Origin: a virus
Taxonomy: Duplodnaviria > Caudoviricetes
Length of the DNA: 64,000 nt
Reading direction: 5' to 3' (one strand)
IMG/VR virus record: IMGVR_UViG_3300020577_009814
Location: 1 to 64,000 of that record
Part shown: positions 8,968 to 17,508 of the stretch, one piece after another
How positions within the stretch are numbered: position 1 is the stretch's first letter
How the letters are laid out: each line of letters opens with the position of its first letter
Position numbers and translations under genes: made by a program
Notes under the pieces: generated by a model
What the model saw: only the letters and a program-made list of their open reading frames with translations
Database searches by the model: none
Told to the model about the DNA's origin: nothing

Positions 8968-9401
8968 TAATCAACTCTACCAAATAGCTTAGCAATTTCT
9001 GGGTCAACATTTACATCTTCCCATTCCTCAGTCATTTTGAGGACACCTTTACCTTGGAATCTCTTTAGCATTTCTATAGATTTTCTAGTTTTATTGTATT
9101 GGTTTGTAATCTCTGGACCATTAATCTTTTGAGCTTCTTGGTCAGGATGAGCCAAAGGTTTATTTAGGGCTTCCTGAACTGTCTTAATTGCATCTTGAAT
9201 GTCTGGATAAAACTCACCTTCTGGAAGATGGCCACCTAAATCAATTGGAGGATCTACTGCAGTCTCACAAAGACTACAATCTAGTTGATTAGGATCATAG
9301 TTCTGGCATTTCTTAGAGATTGTACAAGCATGAAACCTAGGACATCTACAAACTCTAGTAGAGTCATATAGATAACCTTTTAAAAGCGGTGGGGTTTCCA
9401 T
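8967..9401 (-). CDS. hypothetical Cys-cluster (metal-binding) protein
   Basis: CRCP....C.....C.........C..C near N-terminus; TAATG coupling on both sides. Confidence 0.65.
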   Translation of the reverse strand: METPPLLKGYLYDSTRVCRCPRFHACTISKKCQNYDPNQLDCSLCETAVDPPIDLGGHLPEGEFYPDIQDAIKTVQEALNKPLAHPDQEAQKINGPEITNQYNKTRKSIEMLKRFQGKGVLKMTEEWEDVNVDPEIAKLFGRVD

Positions 9402-9826
9402 TAAAGTTCATCAACCTCAGTAGCTGTAACTTCTGAATCAAGACTTGCACCTAAAGAACCAATCTCTTGGTATCTAGATTTAATTTGGGCATTAATCCAA
9501 GTATAATCAACAGGCAAATCATTTAAAGCTTCTTCGCTAGTAATATCTAAATCACTTCTAAAATTGTGTAGCATCTCAACCTCAGCAGCAATAAACTGTT
9601 GAAGAATTTTCCAATACAAGACTGACTTATCATTAACCATTGTATCCAGCATTTCTTTAACAAATTCTCCAGATTGCTCAGCCATATTTTCAGCAAGCAT
9701 TCTGATTTCCTTCATCTTAGTGTCTCTGGTTTCTTTAGTCCAAAGTTCTGGATTAAGTAATTCACCAAGCTTATCTTGGTACTCGGTAGCAGCTCTTTCA
9801 GCCAACAGATCGTCTAATGTTTTCAT
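9401..9826 (-). CDS. hypothetical acidic helical protein
   Basis: Coupled ORF; no motif. Confidence 0.65.
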   Translation of the reverse strand: MKTLDDLLAERAATEYQDKLGELLNPELWTKETRDTKMKEIRMLAENMAEQSGEFVKEMLDTMVNDKSVLYWKILQQFIAAEVEMLHNFRSDLDITSEEALNDLPVDYTWINAQIKSRYQEIGSLGASLDSEVTATEVDEL

Positions 9827-10438
9827 TTATTCTTTCTCCTCAATAACTTTAGCAATGATATTTGCATGCTGGATAATATGGTAAGTTTCATTAATTCCTA
9901 AATGCTCAAGGTCTACAATCATAACTTTGAAAGGATCATAAGCAATCATATCATCTTCTGCAACATGGAAAGGTACAGTAGTACCATCAATAGTCTTCCA
10001 TCCAGTACCTAAAGTAATAACCTTACCTAGATTAGGTGGAGTTCTTTTAGAATCTGGAAGTAGCATTCCTCCTGCAGACTCTTTAGGACTTTCCATTTTT
10101 TCAATTTGGACATAACTTCCAAGAGGTTTTATTTTCATTGTTTCAAGATCAATAGTACAGAGAACGTCTAACATAGAGCAGACAAACCCTTCCTTAGCAC
10201 CAAAATAAGTTAAATCTATAGCATGCTTGCCATGGGCCATGACATAGGCTAAGTCTCCAGGTTTACAATCTGGCTCAATAACTGTGCCATGTAAATCAGT
10301 CATCCCTGGACCAGTAGATAAAATTTTAGCCCATCTAATAGTTTTTTGAGCTGTATCGGGCTTAATAAACCCAGCTTCTTTAGGCTCTACAGGTTCAACA
10401 GTAACATAATTATTTATAGCTTCAAGTCTCATAGACAT
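9827..10438 (-). CDS. groES: co-chaperonin with two tandem GroES (Cpn10) domains
   Basis: Domain 1 RLEAINNYVTVEP...GFIKPD...AKILSTGPG...CKPGD; domain 2 KIKPLGSYVQIEK..ESAGGMLLPD...GKVITLGTG...VAEDD...YHIIQHANIIAKV. Confidence 0.88.
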   Translation of the reverse strand: MSMRLEAINNYVTVEPVEPKEAGFIKPDTAQKTIRWAKILSTGPGMTDLHGTVIEPDCKPGDLAYVMAHGKHAIDLTYFGAKEGFVCSMLDVLCTIDLETMKIKPLGSYVQIEKMESPKESAGGMLLPDSKRTPPNLGKVITLGTGWKTIDGTTVPFHVAEDDMIAYDPFKVMIVDLEHLGINETYHIIQHANIIAKVIEEKE

Positions 10439-10743
10439 CTTATTAAAAGTTTAGTTTCTAGTGGATAAGCTATTGGTAAGCCGGCATTACTTCTAGGTTG
10501 TTTAATCATAGCTACTTTATTGTCTTCTACTAAAAGAGAATAAGTACCATCCGCTAAAACAAAGCCTACACTAGTTACAGGATACCAATATTTTATTTTT
10601 GCAATTGATGAGTGATTATCAATCTCCACATCTACACTAAAAGACGTATTTAAAATGCGATCTATTTCAGATCTAGCTGGATCATAAAAAACTTGAGGAG
10701 CGTAATATTTTGTGCCGTTATGCTCAAAAATCTTCAGAGTCAT
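10429..10743 (-). CDS. hypothetical protein
   Basis: ORF track 10429..10797; ATG at 10743 (MTLKIF) gives the smaller overlap. Confidence 0.55.
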   Translation of the reverse strand: MTLKIFEHNGTKYYAPQVFYDPARSEIDRILNTSFSVDVEIDNHSSIAKIKYWYPVTSVGFVLADGTYSLLVEDNKVAMIKQPRSNAGLPIAYPLETKLLIRCL

Positions 10744-11083
10744 TAACTTTCTTTTTTCTAGCAGGCTTCTTTGCTGTAGGAACATCTCCAGAGCCAACCA
10801 TATCTAACCCACCTAAAACGGTGTGAGGTTCTATATTTCTTTTGTAGAGTAACTGAGTTAAGATTACAACAGTTTTTTCTGGAAGAGCAGTAGAAAGAAA
10901 AGCTTCTAAAACTACAGCATCTCTATAAGGATTAGATTCAGTAGTTTTTTCAATATTAACTACTGTACTTTTTTGTCTGACTCCGGAAAGAGTGATAACA
11001 TCTGAAGATTGTGGAGCTGTTGGAAAAGGAAACTCCAACACATCTGTCATATCTTCATCTTCATGATCATACATTTTACCCAT
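10724..11083 (-). CDS. hypothetical protein (acidic N-terminus, basic C-terminus)
   Basis: Coupled ORF; no family motif. Confidence 0.6.
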   Translation of the reverse strand: MGKMYDHEDEDMTDVLEFPFPTAPQSSDVITLSGVRQKSTVVNIEKTTESNPYRDAVVLEAFLSTALPEKTVVILTQLLYKRNIEPHTVLGGLDMVGSGDVPTAKKPARKKKVNDSEDF

Positions 11084-11421
11084 TATTTAATTTCCTCATA
11101 TTCAAAATTCCTTCCAGCACCTCTAATAACTGATTGAACCATAGGTCCAAATCCTGCTGGGTCATTAAAAAATTCTTTCCAGGTGTCATAGCCTCTAGAC
11201 TCATCATTTAATTTGAAGTTAGGGGTTTCTGGCAAAAAGGAAGTGATTTCAATATCTTTGGGATCTGAGTTCCATTTATTTATTTTAAAGATAACTTGGG
11301 GTTTATTAAAGTCATTATACTTTACTGTAACTTTAATCGAGTCTCCATACTCAGATTCAAAATCAACTAGATCTCCAACTACTTCCAGCCAAGGTCTAGT
11401 GTCATACATACTTCTTTCCAT
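11083..11421 (-). CDS. hypothetical protein
   Basis: Coupled ORF; no family motif. Confidence 0.6.
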   Translation of the reverse strand: MERSMYDTRPWLEVVGDLVDFESEYGDSIKVTVKYNDFNKPQVIFKINKWNSDPKDIEITSFLPETPNFKLNDESRGYDTWKEFFNDPAGFGPMVQSVIRGAGRNFEYEEIK

Positions 11422-11447
11422 ATTATACTCTATATTATTTAACGTTT

Positions 11448-12539
11448 TTATACAGCTAAGATAACACCAGTTATAACTGGAGTCACCCTAGAATCTGTTG
11501 TAGTCAAATTAACTGTAGCAATATTTACTGAATTGGTGACAGTTAATTGAGCTAAATCTGAAGGATCCTTACCTCTAATTGTACTTGTATCAATAGTCCT
11601 AGAATATGGATCTTGGACTGCAAGTACTGCAGATGTTTCATATTCATTATGTAAAAGAGAAATTTTCTTAAATCCAGCATATAAACTAGATTTAGGGTTA
11701 ATTCCAATAACAAGTTGACTAATGATAATGCTTTCTGGTAAGTGAAGTCTTACTGGTCCAAACTCTGTAAGAGTTCCAGTAGCAGAAGAATATCTTGGTA
11801 AGTAAGATAAGTCTAGGCTATACCAAGTTCCGGCAATAGTATCATCTGCTTTTTGATACCATACTCCAATAAGTTCGGTACCAAATGCAGGCATGGGCCA
11901 AAGCTCTAATACATTAGGCTGTAACCCTCTAAATTGCAAGGGAGTTTTTAATTTGAAAAAAGCATTAATAGCTGAAGTGCCAGAAGTTGCTACTAACCAA
12001 GTTTGTTCATCTCTCAACATAAAGATACCTTCAGAGTCTGTCTGGTAGAGTGAGTTACTTATTGCTGCAGGTGAACTTACACCTAAATTAGCATAGCTTA
12101 ATTCAACTTCAGTAGCAACATACTTCTGGCCGTATACATCTTCTTGAACCAAGACATCTATTGAAGATCGAATTGGAAGAGTTGCTTGCCCAAAAACTTC
12201 ATGAATAGTAGCTGTATTTGAGCCATCAATATAAAAACTAGAATGCATGTCTGCAAGTACTTGGGAATATCCTGAAGCTGCATCTACTCTGGAACTTACG
12301 CCACTCAAGATACTTAAAAAAGCACCTGCTTGTTGTAGGGCACAATTTTCAAATCTCTCAGCTCTTAGGGCTAAGCTATTAGTTCTAGTTGTTAAGATAG
12401 AAATATCCCTAGTAGCAGCCTCAAAATACCTATTTAAAATATTACTACTTGAAGAACCTCCAGGTTTAATTTTAGGAGCCTCAGTAGATTCCAAAAGGAA
12501 TTCAGCTGTCTCAAATGAACTACGATTAAAATTTTCCAT
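11448..12539 (-). CDS. putative virion structural protein (paralogue family A)
   Basis: N-terminal coiled coil, ID...A.I...FGQATLP motif and C-terminal TPVITGVIL shared with the three large upstream ORFs. Confidence 0.6.
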   Translation of the reverse strand: MENFNRSSFETAEFLLESTEAPKIKPGGSSSSNILNRYFEAATRDISILTTRTNSLALRAERFENCALQQAGAFLSILSGVSSRVDAASGYSQVLADMHSSFYIDGSNTATIHEVFGQATLPIRSSIDVLVQEDVYGQKYVATEVELSYANLGVSSPAAISNSLYQTDSEGIFMLRDEQTWLVATSGTSAINAFFKLKTPLQFRGLQPNVLELWPMPAFGTELIGVWYQKADDTIAGTWYSLDLSYLPRYSSATGTLTEFGPVRLHLPESIIISQLVIGINPKSSLYAGFKKISLLHNEYETSAVLAVQDPYSRTIDTSTIRGKDPSDLAQLTVTNSVNIATVNLTTTDSRVTPVITGVILAV

Positions 12540-13151
12540 TATTTAAGATACCATCTTCGATCTACATCTTTAAGAAGTAACCATTCTTTAAAACTAATTT
12601 GATCGGCTATATGATTAAGATATGCCAATTCCGCACCAGTAGGGTAGGCTTTGAGCTAAGTTAACACAAGTAAGTAAAATACTTTGAATAAAGTGATTAA
12701 ATTTATTGGACTCTCGGTGGCCCCTAAATCTATGATTAAAAATTAAGGGAGTTACTTGATTTGAAAGTCTTTTAGATGCCTCTTTTCGAAGTAGGAAAGT
12801 ATTAATCGTAACTTCAGTAGATCCTAAATCTCCATCTAAATGAGAGACTACTACAACTGAGCCTCCAGGAACTCCAATTCCAACTGAGGTAGGACCTTCT
12901 CCTAGTGGAGGTGTAATAGGTGTACTTCCTCCTCCATGAGGAACATCTCCTGTTCCAGCTCCTCCACCGCCGCCCCCACCTCCACCAGAACCGCCGTGGG
13001 GAACATCTCCAGTACCTACCCCACCTCCAGCTCCGCCAGCAACGCCACCCCCAGTATCTCCAACATTTGTACCACTTGGAGGAGTAAAAGGTACAAGCTG
13101 AGCAGATAAAATAATTTCTTCTTGGGGAGTTAGGGGATCTATAACAGGCAT
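12539..13151 (-). CDS. Gly-rich putative virion protein, apparently frameshifted near 12643
   Basis: ORF 12615..13151 with GTGDVPHGG x2 and FRGHRESNKFN; +1 frame continues open to a TAA at 12539-12541 that overlaps the next ATG. Confidence 0.55.
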
Positions 13152-13154
13152 AAA

Positions 13155-15395
13155 TTATCTTCCATAAATAGTATAGTCTTTTAAGATTGGGGAACTACCA
13201 GCTCCTTTTTCAAGATCAGCTCTGACATATAATTCATTAAGCCCAGAAGAATCTGTAGCTTGATATGAAATATAATTATCAGGACCTAAACCAGTAAAAT
13301 AACTATCAATAGTTCTAGTCGAATTTGTATTGTACATCAAACTTGTTCGATCACTATTCCATGCCCAATAAGTAGGATCTTCTGGGAGGTTCCAAAGTAA
13401 ATCAAACTCTGATACTGGTTCATGTTGGCCTGATGCTAGGATGTTAGTAATATTAGAAGTTGATAGACTAGTAAAATTAGAATCAAATAGAGATGGGAAA
13501 ATCTCTAATTGAAGATATGGATAAGTAGAATCAAAAGCGTCCGAGCCATAAATAGCTGGGTCTACAGTATTGATAAAAATTTCTATTTTATTCCAACCTG
13601 CTTCTAGTGAAAATGCAAAAGGTTTTCCTACCGAGCCCCCACCTTCAATTGAATTATCTTGATAAATCGTATAGGGTTGACTATCAGCTGAGATCAATAC
13701 ATCATTGATATAAAATGAATAAGTACCAAAAATTCTATTTAATTGACTATAAGGTTTTGTGTTTGTAGCTTTATACCCCTGTAAAAACCAAATTCTACCG
13801 TCTTTAAAATAAAGACTATTTGGAGCATAAGCCATAAATCTAAGTCTATAAGAATGGCTGTATTGAGCTATGTTACTTCCATTACCAGGTAATGGAGTAA
13901 GACAGAGACTTTTATATTTTCCAGCAAGCTCAGAAGTTGTAGCTAATCCGGCTGCCACTGATCTTTGGAATGCAAAAACTGGCCCACCTCTATAAATTCC
14001 ATTATCTCTTAAAGTAGTAGCTCCATAGTTTTGAAATACATAGCTATCTGGATTGATAGATAGCGAAGGTATATTACTCCAAGCTTTTAAAATTTTAAAG
14101 TCTGCAAAATCTGGACCACTCAAAACCTTAAGATTATCTCCAGTCTCTAGCCAGTCTTGCCTAACTGCACTAACTTCAATTTGATTTTTACCTACATCCA
14201 TCAAACCATCTTTTGCAGAAAGAGGTAATTGAGATCCAATACTAATTCCATATAATCCTCGATACGCATCAGCAGGAGACGCATTAGTAATAGGAACTCT
14301 TCTATAGAGTTTAGATCCTTCTGCTATTGCATTCCACGTACTAGGTGTGAATTTAGTCCAAGAACCTCCAGAAGCACTGGCATAATAAAAATTAATGTTA
14401 CTGTCTGAAGTCTCGGTAGATCTATACTCTAGTTTTACTTCTTTAAAGCTTTCTAACGCTTTAAGGGCTTTAGAATAGATGACTGCTCTTTCTGATGAGT
14501 CATTTGTGGTAAAAGTAACTTCTCTAATTCCTCCAGCTTTAGGGGGAGTTGAGTCTGCCAATTTAAAGGAAATTCTAACTTTATTAGTTTTAACATTGAG
14601 TGGCAAGGTGGTCTTATTAAAGATACCAAGAGTAGCAGCAATTACCCACCTATCTGTAAAAGTTTCAATTTGGACATCAATTCCATATCCAATTGGATCA
14701 ATAGTAATTGATCCTAAATTGTAGCTTGTGTTAAAATTTAAGATAAAACTTGTTTTTGAATCATCTATAAATAGACATCTAAAGCTTGTATTTAGCAATC
14801 CATCAATACATTGAGTATAATTGGAGCCTAAAGTATTGCCCCCTGTACATAGTTTAAGGTCTGAGCAAGTTATGTCATGTTGCTTTAAGAGCTGCTCAGA
14901 TGCAGCATTAGAAATAAAAGCAATACCTTCTGAAGTATCAAAAGCTGCAGTAGTTTGATTTAAATCTAGATTATCAACATTATTAAAGGTCTCAGTAAAT
15001 ACCCAGGTTGCTCCAAAAGCAGATCTATATTTCTCACTTTCTGCTTTCTTTTGAGTATCTAATGCCCTGTTTTTTACTAATTGCATCTTTAACCAATACT
15101 CTAAATTAAGCAGAAGTAATTGGGATTCTAAGGTATCTAATGCAAACTGAGTTGTCCTTACATCTCTAGCTATTCCTTTAAAAAAATTAGCGATTCTTTT
15201 TACATTAATAACTTCTCCAGCTTTAGCTACATATATAGGAGCTAAAGGTGAGCCATATGTTTGCTTACCTATATCTGTAGGACTAAGTAAGTTTTCATAA
15301 ATCTCACCTACACTAAAAAGATTGCCACCTTGAAGACCTTTTCTAGCAGCTTCTTCAAATAATATTTTCTTTTGTAAAGTTTCAATTAGTGGCAT
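13155..15395 (-). CDS. putative virion structural protein (paralogue family A)
   Basis: Coiled coil, FTETFNN..LD...T...DTSEG motif, discoidin-like CIDG...TSF segment, C-terminal LYVRADL....SPILKDY. Confidence 0.65.
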   Translation of the reverse strand: MPLIETLQKKILFEEAARKGLQGGNLFSVGEIYENLLSPTDIGKQTYGSPLAPIYVAKAGEVINVKRIANFFKGIARDVRTTQFALDTLESQLLLLNLEYWLKMQLVKNRALDTQKKAESEKYRSAFGATWVFTETFNNVDNLDLNQTTAAFDTSEGIAFISNAASEQLLKQHDITCSDLKLCTGGNTLGSNYTQCIDGLLNTSFRCLFIDDSKTSFILNFNTSYNLGSITIDPIGYGIDVQIETFTDRWVIAATLGIFNKTTLPLNVKTNKVRISFKLADSTPPKAGGIREVTFTTNDSSERAVIYSKALKALESFKEVKLEYRSTETSDSNINFYYASASGGSWTKFTPSTWNAIAEGSKLYRRVPITNASPADAYRGLYGISIGSQLPLSAKDGLMDVGKNQIEVSAVRQDWLETGDNLKVLSGPDFADFKILKAWSNIPSLSINPDSYVFQNYGATTLRDNGIYRGGPVFAFQRSVAAGLATTSELAGKYKSLCLTPLPGNGSNIAQYSHSYRLRFMAYAPNSLYFKDGRIWFLQGYKATNTKPYSQLNRIFGTYSFYINDVLISADSQPYTIYQDNSIEGGGSVGKPFAFSLEAGWNKIEIFINTVDPAIYGSDAFDSTYPYLQLEIFPSLFDSNFTSLSTSNITNILASGQHEPVSEFDLLWNLPEDPTYWAWNSDRTSLMYNTNSTRTIDSYFTGLGPDNYISYQATDSSGLNELYVRADLEKGAGSSPILKDYTIYGR

Positions 15396-17508
15396 TAGAT
15401 ATTGGATTACCCATCAAAGCAAAATGATTCAAAGCAGGAGAATGAAAAGGATCAACTTCATTACCTCGAAGCACAGCTCTAAAATAAATCTCATCAAGAG
15501 GCTTACTAGTTTTATAACTTCTTTCTAATGTAGTATCACTTAATTTAGGAATGTCTACCCAAGTAGAGCCATCTTCACTTATAGAATAAGAAATCCACTC
15601 TCCAGGACCCCAACTAGCTGGAACATATTCATCTACAAATAATCCAATTCTATCTACTAGACCTTGAAATTTTCTTTTTACTGATTGAACTGTACTAGTT
15701 GCAGCATACTCAGTCCTAAGAAAATCTATTCCTCTTAGGCCAATTCCAGCTCGATATCCTTTAAAGATATCATAACCAGTTTTAGTATCAACAATTTCAA
15801 TTGATTTATTGACATGGAATAAACCTCCAACTAAATTATTAAGAGCTAAAAAAGCACCTACATAGGGCATTGCTGCTCCTAAAAAGCTTGCTGCTGACCC
15901 GGCTGCAGCACCTACTGAGCCTCCAACTTGAGCTAAGCCAGTTGCTAAAGTACCAGCTTGTTGAGCTGTGTTCAGTGCTCCTAACACTTTTTTAGCTGGT
16001 TGTTGACTTTGTTTATAAGGACTTACAATACTATTGGTAATATTAGCTAAATTAGCAATATCAACTAAAGCTCCAAACAGTTTAGGTTGATTATTTTTAA
16101 CTTGGTAAGTAGGAGGATTGTCGCTAATAGCTATTCTCTCCCATTTATACCTAGTTTTTACAGTATTAAAAACAACATAATTCCTTTCAGTTCTAATTTT
16201 TTCATAGATTTCTTTAAAGGGATGTGCTAATCCATACTTAGCTAAAACTGGATTAGATGATAAAGTAATTTTAAGTTTAGTAATTGGTAAATCTGTAGGA
16301 ATAGCAATTACCGAACCAACCGACTGAAATCCAGTCCTTCGTAAAATTTCTTTTTGAAGTTTATTAGTAGCCTTATTACTACCCAGTTCCAGGTCAGAAA
16401 CTACAGTAATCCACTCCTCCCCTTCAGGAAGCGCTTTAATAGAATCAATATTTATTAGCTCATTTAACCTAGTAAGAGGCAATAATTTAACACTACTTAA
16501 AACTGTAGGAGAGTTTAGGTTTATATCTAGAACAAGTTTTACTTTAGAGTCTACTGAGGCATTTTCAACATCTAAGAATTCTGCAATCTCCATGCCTTTG
16601 CCATCTCGGCCAGCATTAACATTGCCATCTCCCCAATCAACTATAATTTTCCAGTCAAAGTTATTAGTAATTTCTTTAACATTTAAAAGATCAGTAGTTG
16701 ACTCAGAAGTTACAAAAGCTCTACCCTGTCTACTTAATTTTTGTTTAGGAGGAATAAAATTTCTTTCAATTTCAAACCAAGAAGATGGATCTTGATCAAC
16801 AATAGCAGTTAAATTTTTTGTATCTGCTGTTTCATATTTAGGTTGAGGTTCTTGGTTAACTGTAATATTAGCTCCTGTTCCTAAAATTAATAGATTACAG
16901 CCTGGAATTCCATTAGTCTGTTCATGATCAATAGCTACTGAGTAGTTATTAATTACATCAATCTTTTGAGGGCCTAAAGTGGCCATTCCATAATCAGTAT
17001 CAATCAGACATGTAGATGCGGCCATATCTATAAAAGAACTGTCATTAAAAGTGTCTGAGACCCAATAAAATTCTTTGTTCTCATCTCCAGAAACCAGACT
17101 AATCTCTTGAACCGCGTCGGTAGCTTTTTGAAGAATCTTCTCGACACCTTCAAGCTCTGCTTTTAAACTATTGTTCGACTCATTAATCCAGTTATAGATA
17201 TTATCAACTCTTCTTAAAGAGTTGGCAAGTTCATTGATTGTGATATTAAAATGATCTCCAACTAACTCATTTAAATTAAATGGTTCTGCTAACTCTGCAA
17301 TAGGAGGATATTTAACAGTCTGTTTTCTAGTCTGAAGAATTGCTCGGTATAGATCTTGCTCCTTTGCTGAAATATCTGCATTGCTAAAGTCAATGTTCTG
17401 GATAGCTTTTAAGATAGCATCAACTTTATCTGCATTACTAAAGTCAATGTTCTGAATGGCTTTTAAGATAGCATCAACTTTATTATCTTGTAAGAATTTT
17501 TCTAACAT
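15382..17508 (-). CDS. putative virion structural protein (paralogue family A) with hydrophobic Gly/Ala insert
   Basis: VSDTFND..FID...T..IDTDYGMATL, IVDQDPSSWFE, C-terminal IYFRAVL....HSPALNHF. Confidence 0.65.
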   Translation of the reverse strand: MLEKFLQDNKVDAILKAIQNIDFSNADKVDAILKAIQNIDFSNADISAKEQDLYRAILQTRKQTVKYPPIAELAEPFNLNELVGDHFNITINELANSLRRVDNIYNWINESNNSLKAELEGVEKILQKATDAVQEISLVSGDENKEFYWVSDTFNDSSFIDMAASTCLIDTDYGMATLGPQKIDVINNYSVAIDHEQTNGIPGCNLLILGTGANITVNQEPQPKYETADTKNLTAIVDQDPSSWFEIERNFIPPKQKLSRQGRAFVTSESTTDLLNVKEITNNFDWKIIVDWGDGNVNAGRDGKGMEIAEFLDVENASVDSKVKLVLDINLNSPTVLSSVKLLPLTRLNELINIDSIKALPEGEEWITVVSDLELGSNKATNKLQKEILRRTGFQSVGSVIAIPTDLPITKLKITLSSNPVLAKYGLAHPFKEIYEKIRTERNYVVFNTVKTRYKWERIAISDNPPTYQVKNNQPKLFGALVDIANLANITNSIVSPYKQSQQPAKKVLGALNTAQQAGTLATGLAQVGGSVGAAAGSAASFLGAAMPYVGAFLALNNLVGGLFHVNKSIEIVDTKTGYDIFKGYRAGIGLRGIDFLRTEYAATSTVQSVKRKFQGLVDRIGLFVDEYVPASWGPGEWISYSISEDGSTWVDIPKLSDTTLERSYKTSKPLDEIYFRAVLRGNEVDPFHSPALNHFALMGNPISNATN
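17373..17483. repeat. 54-bp in-frame tandem duplication (2 copies, 3 synonymous differences)
   Basis: Encodes KVDAILKAIQNIDFSNAD twice; copies start at 17373 and 17427. Confidence 0.95.
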
